Position numbers and translations under genes: made by a program. A model generated the notes under the pieces. The model worked only from the letters and a program-made list of their open reading frames with translations, was not told the DNA's origin and did not search any database. DNA of 63,653 bases, the filler included, from Intoshia linei (lineage: Eukaryota > Animalia > Orthonectida): assembly GCA_001642005.1 (NCBI GenBank). It is 6 parts of 6 records of this genome, joined end to end, with 100 filler letters (N's around TTAATTAATTAA, not from the genome) between each part and the next. Parts side by side here need not be neighbours in the genome. Positions count along the whole stretch, not along the records: positions 21,222 to 44,927 come from LWCA01000548.1; 5 more parts are not named here. One strand, 5' to 3'. This document shows, in pieces, positions 24,901 through 39,423 of the stretch (position 1 is the stretch's first letter; every line of letters begins with the position of its first letter).

Positions 24901-26082
24901 GATTTATAAGTTGAGAACCTCTGCATTAAAAACGGTGAACACTGCGTATGTCACACGTAGTATTTTAAATACACGAAATTTAGGAATTTCTTGAATCTCG
25001 TTACTCAAGACATGCAAAAACCGAGCAGAGATTCTCCTAAAGCTATTTTTATAGCCACAATATCAGTTATTGTTATATATCTACTTGTAATTATCTCATA
25101 CCATACTGTATTAAATATCCCTGAAATTGTCTCTTCTAGTGCTATAGCCATTGTAATTATTTTGATCATTATGCGGTAAAAGTCCTTGTTAAGAAATTTT
25201 TGGTTTTTTAAACTCAAAAAACCACTCTTACAGGGACTTTTACAATACATAATATTGAAAATTTATATAATAAAATAAAAAATTAAGAATTTTGCCAACA
25301 AAATAAACAAATACTATTCATATATTATACCTATATTTGTCTCTTTATCAACGTTTGGTGGATTAAACGGAAATTTTTTTACTTCTGTCAGGTATAATTG
25401 TTAAATTACTTTATAAAACTCATTGAATTTAGACTATTCGTTGAAGGTGCACATTGCGGTTACTTGCCAAAAGTATTGGCCATGAAACATTACTCTGAAC
25501 GAACACCAATAATATCCAACATTGTCATTGTTATACAACTATCTATTATATATTTATATTGATAATTTAGTCCATAATTTCAATATTTATGATTTTATCT
25601 GGTAGCATTGATAAACTCATATCAATGTTTTGTTTGCTATTTTGGTTATCAGTAGAAATGTCAGTAGTCGCACTACTTAAATATAGATGGATACATCGTA
25701 ACGAACAAACCAATTTACTGAGAGTATTTCATTTAATTAAATCTATACATTTAATTTTTTAGATTCCCATAATATTTCATTTCATTTTCTTCATTTGCGC
25801 TATATTTATGATTGCCATACCTTTGTATAGTTTTGATATGGTCAGTGTAATTGTCATTGGCGTGATTGTACTAGGATTTCTTTTTTATGTTATTTTTATA
25901 AAATACAAAAAATTCCACTGCGATAAATTGATGGGTAAAGTTTTCATTTTGCTAATCTTATGAAATTATCTAATATTAAACATTTAGTATCAATAACTCT
26001 ATTACTACAAAAATTATTGATGGTTACTTACATTGATGATGAAGAAAAAGTCGGCACATTTGAATTGCATTTAAAAAAATAA
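21997..26082 (+). CDS. SLC7 L-type/y+L amino acid transporter light chain (5' exons not resolved)
   Basis: Exons: VNIIISKPTILSIVAMTFSEYVAKPFY; VITFINCASIVWAKNFQN; VFTISKLGALVTII; NALYGSMFAYIGW/NFLNLVTQDMQKPSRDSPKAI; PIFVSLSTFGGLNGNFFTSVR/LFVEGAHCGYLP. Stop at 26080-26082. Confidence 0.92.
22312..22645 (-). mobile_element. Helitron 3' end plus body fragment, containing a second opposite-orientation 3' end (22383-22415)
   Basis: a-ctag-gtggactattatgtactacgtacaaacagcacct (minus-strand hairpin plus CTAG|T); the family body follows at 22480-22645. Confidence 0.72.
23133..23330. mobile_element. Tc1/mariner (pogo/Tigger-like) MITE
   Basis: TA-CAGTCAGACTGGTGGATAGTGAAC ... GTTCATTATCAACAAGTCTGACTG-TA. 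Confidence 0.85.
23819..24065 (-). mobile_element. Helitron 3' region (subfamily shared with 60164-60403)
   Basis: Terminal CTAG plus hairpin; about 240 bp homologous in inverted orientation to 60164-60403. Confidence 0.72.
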
Positions 26083-26093
26083 AACACAAACGT

Positions 26094-28310
26094 TTACTTA
26101 AATTCTTTTAACAATGATTCTTTTTGATTTAAAAAATCTACATTTCTCCAATTACAACCAGTTTCAAATAAATTTTGAAAGTTTTGTTCGAAAGATTCAA
26201 TAATTATAGTCGCTAATAATTTGGCTCCATTATAATTCAGGTGTAATCCGTCTTCCAATAAAATGTCAATGTTCTAAATACATACATTTATTAGACATAT
26301 GTTGCAGATTCATCAATTGATATTTTTATTTTATTTTGGGAACCCAAAATACAAAATAAAAAAATACGTCAAGGTGTCAAATCTTAAATTTGGGTCCGCC
26401 AAGCACTACCGGTCCTAATGAAGAAATTTAATGACGTTTGGTAACATTTTTTCATCCATCGATGCTTTAGTAGTGCGCGAAAAATTCTGTGTGAAATTAC
26501 CGGTCCATCGTAAAAAAATGTTATAATATTAAGTCTGAGTTAAGATATTATATAATAACGATTAAAATTACATTAGACTCTACAAATTTCGACCAGCAAT
26601 CTATAAATTGGCATGATTTATATTGGGCAATTTTTTTGACCGTATTGGCATAATGTTGTACATTTTTAAAATGTACACAGTCTATTTTATCTAAACAAAT
26701 GTCCATGACAGGATTAATAAAATGATGAAATTGAGTTTATAAATATATATATGCGTAGATTTATGGGTTGAAATTTTGTATTTATATCAACTGGAATAAG
26801 CTCTATCAGAATAATCCATTTTTTTTAATTTTCGAACAATTAATTATTTCAGATTTTTTGACCGTGCAGGTGCAACTTATTCAGATTGAAATTTTTTGTG
26901 TGTTAACAGGATACAACTGTACCACCTGTAATTTTTTTTAAATTGTAGGGCTGTTTTCATTAAAAAAAAAGGTCATTTGGGGTTTTGGCCCTGAATATAT
27001 ATTTTTTTTAAATTTAAATTTATGATTAAAAATCCGTATCAAAGTATATATTTTTTTAAATTCTCGAACTCTTTTGATTTTAAAAAAAAACAATTGGGTT
27101 TTTTGACCCGTAAGATGTGAGTTTGGGAGGTTGAAATTTATTTTGCAAACACCCTCGGAAAAAAAACTGTAATTGAAATGTGAACTTTATAAAATTCTAA
27201 GACTGATAATTATTGAAATAAACGGTAACACATACACTAACAAATATTGCATAGCATATTATATAAATAAGGATAAAATGTTTGAATTTTAAAAAAATTT
27301 TTTTTGGTTTAACCACGAAAGTTTGGCGACCACTGCTCTAGATTGAAAAAAATAAATAAGTTAAATTTACCATTTAAATAGCAATGTTTTTGATAGCTTT
27401 TTTCGCAGCATGGTGGAGGAGATATAAGAAACACCTTAGCGTTTTGATACATCTAAATAAATATTGTAATAGACTGCATGTGTATTCCAATTTATAATGT
27501 AAACCAGGCAGTCACGCTTAAAGAAGCAAATGATGGGTAGTAAATGCTATAAAATTTACAGTGTAACCGATTTGATAAGCACATCAAAGCTACGATAGGT
27601 AACTGAAAAAATTAGGAGTTTTAAGATTAAGGTACGATAATCAGTTACCCTCTAATTTGAGAACTCTTTTGATTGTATTCCAGTAACAACTAATGTTAAA
27701 AAGTCTTACACATTTAAGATAATCTAAAATATCGTTATAATTTTTTATAAATTGGTCAATTGGAACAGATTGAAGTTGGTTGAGTACTAAGTCGGTAGAA
27801 TCATTAGATCCTATAAAAATAACGATTCCTACTACATTTAAAAGTGAATCGTTAAATATTTTTTCCTTTGACCAGTTTATCCATTTTGAATTATATCCAG
27901 AAAACCCATAATTCAATATATCGAATTTTCTGAAATATAATTAATTTATATATAATTATTTAAAAATACCTGACATATTTGTTTGCTATAATTCCGAGCC
28001 AGGGAGATTTATCTGAAAATCCTCTCTAAATATAATTTAAAATTTTCAATAATTTTTATAGATAATGTAAATAGTGCTTTTCAACCCTTTCACTTTTGAG
28101 TACCACCGATGCACAGGTAGTACTTGCTGTATAATGGTAATTTTAATGTGGCGTTTGTATAGTGGCATGTCATCTCATTCTATGATATGAAGAACTTATC
28201 AATATTGCATAATAATAAATAAAAGGACCCAATATTTATAATTAACGTAAATTTAAATAAATTACCTGGGTATGAGAATCACCTAGAAAAATAATCTTTG
28301 ATTTCACCAT
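26094..28310 (-). CDS. IAH1: Isoamyl acetate-hydrolysing esterase 1 (SGNH/GDSL hydrolase)
   Basis: MVKSKIIFLGDSHTQ (block I), FDILNYGFSGYNSKW (block II), VIFIGSNDS (block III) and LLEDGLHLNYNG (block V) across six GT-AG exons. Confidence 0.9.
26750..27273 (-). mobile_element. Non-autonomous Helitron family copy with 5' terminus (in an IAH1 intron)
   Basis: Minus strand A|TCCTTATTTATATAATATGCTATG; body homology to the family. Confidence 0.8.
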
Positions 28311-28355
28311 TTTAACGATAATTAAGTAAAATAAAATACTGTAGTATAAATTCAT

Positions 28356-29251
28356 TAGGGAAAGCAAAAGTTAATAAAGTTAATTTTTGATATTTTAATT
28401 AGTTTTCAATTTTCAAAGTATGCCAAAAAATCCAAAATCGAGACAGGAAAAAATCAGCAATATTCTAAAACTTTATCCAACTGACAATGTCTCGTTTGAT
28501 AAATTATATTATGTACAGGTACATAGAAGTTCAAAACAAAAATCTTTAAATACTGTTATTCCTATACGAAAATACTTAAAAGTTAAGAGTAATTTTGCAT
28601 TAGAAGTGTTAGAAGCTTTTTTGTCAGCAGACATACCATTATATAAATAAATTTGAATTAGTTACAATAATTATTAATGGTATACCAGGAAATGGTGTGA
28701 TCATACAACGAGCAATGAAGGCAGTATCTGCAGTTGGATTATATAATGAATTAATCAAACTCAATGGTTATACATCTATAATAGATGTGATTAAATTGGC
28801 AAAAGACTCATTTAACATTAATAAAGCATTTGAAACATTACAAAATTTAAATTTTGTTCCAGATCCATGCAAAATACTTCATTACATAGAAAAAAGGTTG
28901 AAAACCAATGACATTACAAATATAATGATGGCTTTGGATAAATCTAAGCCTCCTTCACTGTACAGTAAATTAAGAAATGGACCATCAACATCTAATGTAA
29001 TAGAGAGAAGTTTTAGTATGTTGAATAAACTCTTAACAAGACAAAGAAATTTTGCACATGACAATATAAAGAAATATTTAATATTGTACCATAATAAAGT
29101 ATAAAATAATACTTTGTCTTATTTGTATGACTTTCCAAGTAATAGTCACTTTTGTTAATCGATGAAGCATGAATTTAAGTGAAAACAGTTTATAAATTTT
29201 TTTTATAGGTTACATTTTTTTAATTTTATAGGTTATAAAAAGTTTGCCCTA
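28356..29251 (+). mobile_element. Internally deleted hAT-like DNA transposon
   Basis: ORFs 28420-28650 (EAFLSADIPLYK) and 28697-29104 (PSTSNVIERSFSMLNKLLTRQRNF); imperfect ends taggga.. / ..tttgcccta. Confidence 0.75.
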
Positions 29252-29813
29252 GTTATCATTGATCAACTTGAATTGACAATAAGATACTAATTTTAACAAA
29301 TATGTTTACTTTACCAACATTTCCAAAATTCTCGTTCGTGAAATGTCACTAGAGGTGCATTTTGACCATGTATAACCGCATATCCAAGCAATATGGGATG
29401 ATGGAACTAAAGTAAATCAATTCATGACAAAACCAAACACTTTTTGAATCGCGGAATTTAAAACACTTGAAATAAAATAAAATTCTCGTATAATCAGTTT
29501 CTAAAGAATTTTATTTTAATAGTTTATTTTAAAATTGCAGTGACCAATTTTTCTAGAGACCCAATTCTGGTGGAAATAGTTTTAATTCATATTTCTTTAT
29601 GAATGATACTAAATTGAACCAAAAATAAACTCTGATCTACACATCACAAATCTAAAGTTTAAAATGTCAATTTTTTATATTTACGATTTAATGACGCAAT
29701 TTATTTTTTGAAAGATGAAAATTACACACTGTAAATTTTTATTTTGTGCATTGCTTATTCACATTTTAGACATACAGAGTAAATTTCAATAAAGGGATAA
29801 AATGTCTCAAAAT

Positions 29814-30572
29814 TAGATATGTGCAATACCAATACTCTTGATACATTTTTGAACCAAACTTTTAAGGGGAGGTTTTTAAGATTTTTTTTGAACCAAACTT
29901 TCAAGAAGGGTTTTTAGAAAATTTTTTTTAACTTTTATTATCATTTTTAAATTTATCGCCTTCATTTTTGAAAAAAATTTATCAATTTTAATAATAAATA
30001 GCTAAATTCCATTGAGATTAAAATATATCCTCAAATCAATAAAACGGTGGACTCAACAATTATAACCTTTCACTTATTTAATATTCTGTCTTAAGTTTCA
30101 TGGTTAATCTGCAGTTAATTCTTTTCACAGAGTTTATTGTTATCTGTTGGATTAGAATTGAGTTGTTCGGTTCAAAATACTAGAAGACTCGGTACATTTG
30201 GTTTTTATATCACAGATGATATTGATTTGTTCGAAAAATCCTTACCATGTAATGAATCTGCTGTGAAATATTGGACCAAAAGCAACCTAACCATTTAAAA
30301 AAAAGTTAAAAGCTATGAAGTTTATTATCACTCCTTTAACCTCTGTAGCATCAGAATCTACTTTTAGTATTAGTGGTAGCATCATTTCCAAAACAAGAGA
30401 AAGACTAAAAAATGATATAAAAAAACTGTGGTTTTTGAAAGACAAATTATGTTTTATTAAAATTTGATTTTCTTATTTTCATTGTCTTAATCATAAAAAA
30501 AAATCTTAAACACATCTCTTGAAATTTTGGTTCAAAAAAAATCTTACAGTATTGGTATTGTGCACATGCCTA
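29814..30572 (+). mobile_element. hAT (Ac-type) deletion derivative
   Basis: Ends tagatatgtgcaataccaatact / agtattggtattgtgcacatgccta and perfect 8-bp TSD CTCAAAAT. Internal dimerisation-domain remnant AMKFIITPLTSVASESTFSISGSIISKTRERL. Confidence 0.88.
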
Positions 30573-30776
30573 CTCAAAATACTTAATGTTAAATACGCGA
30601 ATAGTTGATCAAGGGATCCAATATATTTTTCACGGCGGACCGGTAATAAATAATAAATTTTAAAAAAAATCCAGAGGGGTAATGGTCCGCAGACAACCAA
30701 TTAGGGAACGCTGGTTTACAGTTTTGGTGAAATAGACTAAACATAGAAGGTACATTTATTTGATCAGATTTACAAA

Positions 30777-32998
<2,222 letters not shown>

Positions 32999-33149
32999 TT
33001 TTCACGTGAAATTATTCGGTTGATAATAAATTCAATTTAAACAATATTCATTTTTGTATCGTAGAAGCATTTTTTATCTTTTATTTAATTTAAATCTAAT
33101 TTTATTACATTATATACTGTAAATAATATTCAAGTAGGTGAATTTTTTG

Positions 33150-34031
33150 AGGCTAATTGTCACTTTCCAGTGGCTCGAATATGGTAGGTTTGGGCAGTTC
33201 TAGGTGATCACTAACAATAAGATGCGAATTACCGATAATTAACACAAAATTGTAGAATGTACATTTGGAACACCTTAATCATGGTATTTTATCAGTTCAG
33301 TGTTTCAGGGTCTATTTTCACATTTCAGCTCTACCTCTCCACCAAATGTTAGTTCAAGTAGTCTGAAATGATTACGAATCGGTTGTCTTGCCTCACAGAT
33401 TCATAGAATATTTGTCTATAAATTGTGATATATAATTGATTTGTAAACAGTATTAAAACGTAGTTTATACAATTTTTACGTTTACTTAAATACATTTAAT
33501 GTACATACATTTGTAAAAAATGAATGTATCAAGTTTACTAAAATGTAAAACAGTTTAGCGAAAAAATTGTTTAACGTCATTTATAAATTTTAGAAAAAGA
33601 AATGTTCATAAAAGTATACAAGGTGTAATGAAACTAGTTGAATTGATAATTCTTAAAGTTCTCTTAACTTACTTGAAATCACAAACAGAGGACATTGACT
33701 GTACCTTAATAATTAAATGGATTTTTCGACCAAGGTTAGATTATCGTTAAATTTAATATGTGCAATATATAATATACACATCTACATCGGGTCCATCAAA
33801 TTTAAAGTTGTTATTTGCAACCTAACTTGGTTCCGCATAAATTTTGAATAGATACCACAAATTACTTTACTGCTGTCTGTAAAATAATTTATGGGTACGT
33901 GGGTAAAACGGACTTGCGTATCGCATTCTCAAATGACGGTAAAAGTTCCGAGAGTAACAACGCTTTTGTTGGGCGGTTGATTTTGGAGGGTTACCATTTC
34001 TAGTGAGTATTTCAAAAGTAATTTCATTCAT
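33150..34031 (-). CDS. Possible unidentified multi-exon gene or pseudogene upstream of RPL10
   Basis: Relatively GC-rich open segments, e.g. MNEITFEILTRNGNPPKSTAQQKRCYSRNFYRHLRMRYASPFYPRTHKLFYRQ and VANNNFKFDGPDVD, with plausible splice sites; the downstream frame could not be closed. Confidence 0.35.
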
Positions 34032-34244
34032 TTAATAATATTTAGTACTAGAATAGATCGATTTCATTAAATAAAGAGCATAAAAATCAAAAAATGCGTG
34101 GGCGAAATTTATTTTAAAATTTCAATTAATTACAAAAATTTTTAGTCTAAAGTTAGAAAAAAAGCATTTTTCGAAACATTGTCAGATTCAATTAAATAAC
34201 CACTTTGATGTCTGTTATACCTACATTTTATGCAGTCATGTATA

Positions 34245-34900
34245 TCAATATTTACATTTTCAATTTTTATTTTAATCGAAATATTTGGAAAATATTGGTT
34301 GATAATATATTAAAAATTATTTTTCACTGGGAATGGGTAGATTTCTGGGGTTGAAATTTTTTATTTATATCAACTGAAATAAGCTCTATTAGAATAATTT
34401 TTTTTTAAATTTTCGGAACGTTAATTATTTCACATTTTTTGTTTTAATAAAACATTTCGGAAAAAAAATATATGAAAACTAAAATGTGATTTTGACCATG
34501 AAGGCGTCACTCATTCAGATTGAATTTTTTTGTATGTGTTAACAGGATACAACTGTACCACATGTAAATTTTTTAAAATTCTAGGGCTGTTTTCATTAAA
34601 AAAAAGGGTAATTTGGGGTTTTGGCCCTGAAGATATATTTTTTTAAATTTAAATTTATGATTTTAAAATCCGTATCAGAGTATATTTATTTTTTTTTAAT
34701 TCTCCAACTCGTTTGATTTTCAAAAAAAAGGACAATTGGGGTTTTTGACCCGTCAGATGTGAGTTTGGTAGGTTTAAATTGATTTTGCTAACATCCCTGG
34801 AAAAAGTGTAATTGACATTTGGACTTTATTTGGACAAATTCGAAGACTGGTAGTTATTGAAATAAACGGGAACATACACACAGACAAATATTGCGTAGAA
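34245..34900 (-). mobile_element. Non-autonomous Helitron family copy
   Basis: Block homology to the copies at 8925 and 12885. Confidence 0.78.
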
Positions 34901-36041
34901 TATAAAAAATTTTTTCAGTGAATTTTTTTTTTGCTTTAAAAAATCATTTTGGCCCACTGTCACTGACACAGTAGGCTAATCGTGAAAACCCATAACTAAT
35001 ATACTAATTAATTTAATTTTTCATATTTAATTAACTTTGTTTCAATTTTATACGTGTAATTATAATTGTTATGTTGTGTGACCATATGGTCACACTGGGA
35101 GTATTAGGGTTAAAATAAGAAGTAATGTGATATGATAAAAAGAGTGGTTCCCAAACTTGTTTCACCAAGGACCGGTCATCTCAATCTTTATGAGAGTGTT
35201 TATTTTTTATAATTTTAAAACGGGTTGGAATTTAAAATAAATGACAATTGGAGGTTTTGAATTTGAAGGGCTTAATTTGTGAAAATTACATTTACGATAT
35301 AACAAAACTCTTGAAAAAATTAATGTATATGTCATTTTTAAAACCAGATTTTTCTTACTTTCATGCATAACATAGAACAATCAAACATACATACATTTTT
35401 AACTAAATTATTTTATTCAAATAAGAATTTGAAATTCCGGTTTGTTTTGTATTTATCTAAATTTATGCACTTTATTTATGTATTTATTATTTACACATAC
35501 ATAGCATGCATATTTTTATACATATATATTACTTTATATATTAGTTGTTTTAAACTTAAATATATTCTATGAACCTCATATTTCATCCAAAATTTTTCGC
35601 TGACCCTTAAAAAATTTTAGATTAAATTCTAGATTTTTGAATTTTAAGTAACAAAGTGTACCATCGATATGTACTATTTCAGTTTTCCTTTTTATAGTCA
35701 AATTAAAATTCATAAATTTTCTCGCTATAATGGTAAAAATGCGTTTTTGACGGGAAAAATTAAAACAATAATTGATAATTATAATGAAATCATAACATCT
35801 TGAAGCATTGTAATGTACATTTAAACAAAGTTTTATATTGCCCCGTTATAAATGTCAACCAAAAGTGGCATCGAAAAGTCAATGCACGACGTGCATTGCA
35901 CGTATTATTTTTGCAAGTTTTACTGTTTAGGGTCGGTAACTCATGTCCCATTAAATTCATCTGATGACGCATACTTATACCATCAAAATAAAAATTAAAA
36001 AAATTACATACAATAATAATGTAATACAATATTTTTCGCAG

Positions 36042-39003
36042 AATCCCTGGATACCCTGATCTACATTGTACAATTGTATAATGCATCATTACACCATATA
36101 ATTAGAAAACTAATTGATAACGAATGTTTTCACCGAGGCGACTTCAAATATTGCATAGAATACCCAAAGTATTATAATTTAACAGTGGCCAAAAAAGTTA
36201 AAATTATTAACGAGATTTATTCAAACGGATATGATAGTTTAAGTTGTATTATTGTGGTCGGACCAAAATTTACCAATGACCTTATTGAAATACTAGGATT
36301 TTTAAAGTTATTTAAACATCCAGTTTTGCTTCCCAGTATATCTTACAGTCAACTTGAAAAAATTTCGGAACTAGAATTGGTTTCAACCATGAGTTCAAAT
36401 AAACAACAAGCTCAAGTGATATACAATTTCTTAGTTGATGCTGGAGCCAGTGACATATCAGTACTTATTACATCTGGTACCTTTGAATTGGATTTATTAA
36501 ATCAACTCAATCATTGTATACGTGAAGATAAAGGTATTTTTTTTAATATTATGAATGTTCAATGTTAACCTTATAACGTACGCTCCAATCTACATACCGC
36601 AGTGTAGAATCCGGCGTACGTGTCAAATTTTGAACATAATTTTATAACACTAATTACAAAAATAACAGATTCTAAATTAGAATTTCTATGGACAAACGTT
36701 AATTAACTATTTTTATGATATACTAGAATGGGGTCCATTTTCTGGTGAAGAGTTTTGAAGGGAATATTATTTTCACCCAAATTTTAAACATTTTGAAGAT
36801 ACTTTTGGGACCAAAATTTTGTTGGGTTTTTAAGGGAATATTTTTAACATTTTATGGGATTTTGAAAATCTTTAAAAATTAAGTAAAAAAAACTTGCATT
36901 GTTAATATTGAGCGAAAAATTTTGAATAAAACATATTTTTATTAATTATTAAATATAATTATTAAATAGCTTCATCATTTGTATATAATTATATACAAGG
37001 TAATAATTTTAATGATATTAACAGTCCACGCCTCAAACAACTTGTTAACTTCAACTATATAATACTAAAAGTAGTATTTGATAATACTAAATTGTAATAA
37101 TAATGATTTTAGACAATAAAATATCGGTTGGTTATACGCACGTAATCGACACTAAAAGAAACACACTATTAAATATTGAATCATTTTCAAAGATATTTCT
37201 TTTAATTATAATAGCTAACATAACACCACAACAGTTTAAATCGGAATTTGAATTGATAGATATTGACAAAAATACAACACTTATATTTTCCGATATATAT
37301 GATGAAAACTGGAATATATTTAAAGAGCGAACAGTTTATTACACTGGTGCATCAAATACAATTAAAGACATGGACAGAACAACACATGAATTGATGGTAG
37401 ATGAATTTTTAGCATTAAAAAAAAATTACATCAAGAATAAACTAAAACTTCCCTTCCATCAATATTTAAAATCAAATCTTATACCATTCATTAAATTAAG
37501 ACATGGAAACTCGTCATATATAGGTCGGAAATTTAATATATATCGGAATATTAACACGATAGTAGATGATACATTCGAGTATTTTGAATATTCCAAAAAT
37601 ATTACTCAGTTACCCAATTTGTATCAATCCAACTGCCAACCTATTTGCTTGGATGGCTTAGAAAGAAATGCGTTAGATAACACTTGTTGGACCTGTGTAG
37701 GTAATTCTTTATTTACTTACTAAATTTTAGTATGTACTAATATGTAATTATAGCTTGTGAACGATACCAGGATTGTATTCATTGTGGGAATAAGGAAATG
37801 TTGATTCTGACAAATACCAGTAAACACTATGATTGTAAAAAGATTGATTTCTGCAAGTTTGAAATATACCAAATGCATAATATTGTATTAACAACATTTA
37901 GCGTAGTTTTAATGTTATTACATATTCTTTCAATGATTTACATATTCTTAAAAAGAAATGATATGTTCATACAAAGTTCTCATTCTGAAATTGATTTTTT
38001 TATTCAAATTGGTTGTATCTTGCGTATCTTATCTTTATGGGATAGATTTATTTCAATAGAGGGAATATGCATTGTATCGACTTGTTTAAATTTTTATGGT
38101 TTCATTATTATTACTGTTTCTCTAATTGCTAAGATGATTAATTGCTGGAGATCTTCAATATGTTATAGAAGTCCCAGCCAAATTATAGTTCAAATTATTA
38201 TATTGTCTAGTATAGTTATGGTAAATTTTTATTTTTTTATACTTAACATCAGTGGTCAGGCCAACAAAGTTTTTGAGTTTCGCAAAATCCGCCAAAAATA
38301 TTCAGAGATCAAAAGAAATTTCCCATGTGAAAGATTCAAGTTTTCCAATAATATCGGAACAATTAAGTAATTATTTATTTATACATTTATTTTTTTCAAA
38401 ATTTGGCAAACATGAGTTTGGTGACCACTGCTTAATGTTGGAGAAATTATATATTGATTATATATTTTGATTTATTAAAATGTTTAGCATATTTTTCTAA
38501 CTATTTTTTAGATTTTTGCCTCAATAATGATATATGTGGTAAGAAACGATATAAATCACCATTTGGTTAAAGATTTTGATGATGGCGCAGATTGCGTATA
38601 TTCTGAGTGTTTTAGTGAAAATTCGAGTGTCATGTTTTTGATGGTATTATACATGTACAGACTAAACCTTATATTTATAATGGCCATGATATTACCAAAA
38701 GCGTTTTTAATGCGTAAATATCCCGCAAATTGGCACGAAGGACTTTTGTTATACAGATCTGTTGTATTTATTCTAACATTTGAAATAATTCATAAAATTA
38801 TAATAATATACTCTTTACCTCTACAATTCAGTTCTCATCTACATAAAGATATTGAAATTATCATACTAAATATAATACTGTTATTTCCTTTCGGATTGAT
38901 CAAAATATATGTTCAAGAAACAATCAATATTCAAGATATTGTTCTCAACAATAGCTATATTTTAAAGATGAATAAAATAAAACCTAGAAGTATAGTTAAA
39001 TAA
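36042..39003 (+). CDS. Class C GPCR (mGluR/CaSR-like: Venus flytrap, Cys-rich domain, 7TM); 5' end uncertain
   Basis: IVVGPKFT..PSISYS..TMSSNKQQAQVIYNFL (ANF-receptor-like); SNCQPICLDG..CWTCVACERYQDCIHC (NCD3G-like); hydrophobic TM exons with RKYPANWHEG (compare RK.PENFNEA). Confidence 0.85.
38250..38430. mobile_element. Small hAT-type MITE in a GPCR intron
   Basis: cagtggtca ... tgaccactg ends; flanks cttaacat / cttaatgt. Confidence 0.65.
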
Positions 39004-39423
39004 ATCCTTTTGTGTACACTGTACATTAATTTGTTAATATTCATCACAGCAAAAATTTTCTTTGTAATTGTAATCACAATGTTTTTTATAAACTCTAATG
39101 CTAATATTGTCAATGTATCGATAAATACTTGTGTATGATTTCATTTATTGTTAAGTTCGTATAAAAATCAATGATACCATTAAAAATTGTTTAATTTTAT
39201 TTATGAAAATAATAAAGGATAATATGAACTATAATTATACAGCGAAAAAATGGAAAAATACTGCAAAAAAAGCAAAATTTTTGAATTGTAAATTTAATCA
39301 AAATAAATAGATAATTATTTATCTTGTTCTATGGTTTTAACTGAAATTAAGTTTCAAGTTTACCAGCAAATTATACATTTGTATTAATGTACACAGTAAT
39401 AATAAAGCAATATTGATTCAAAG

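Noticed and set aside
33345-33378. Minus-strand TAATCATTTCAGACTACT resembling RNase P RNA CR-V
   Set aside because: No complementary CR-I (GGAAnnTCTGA) was found upstream on that strand
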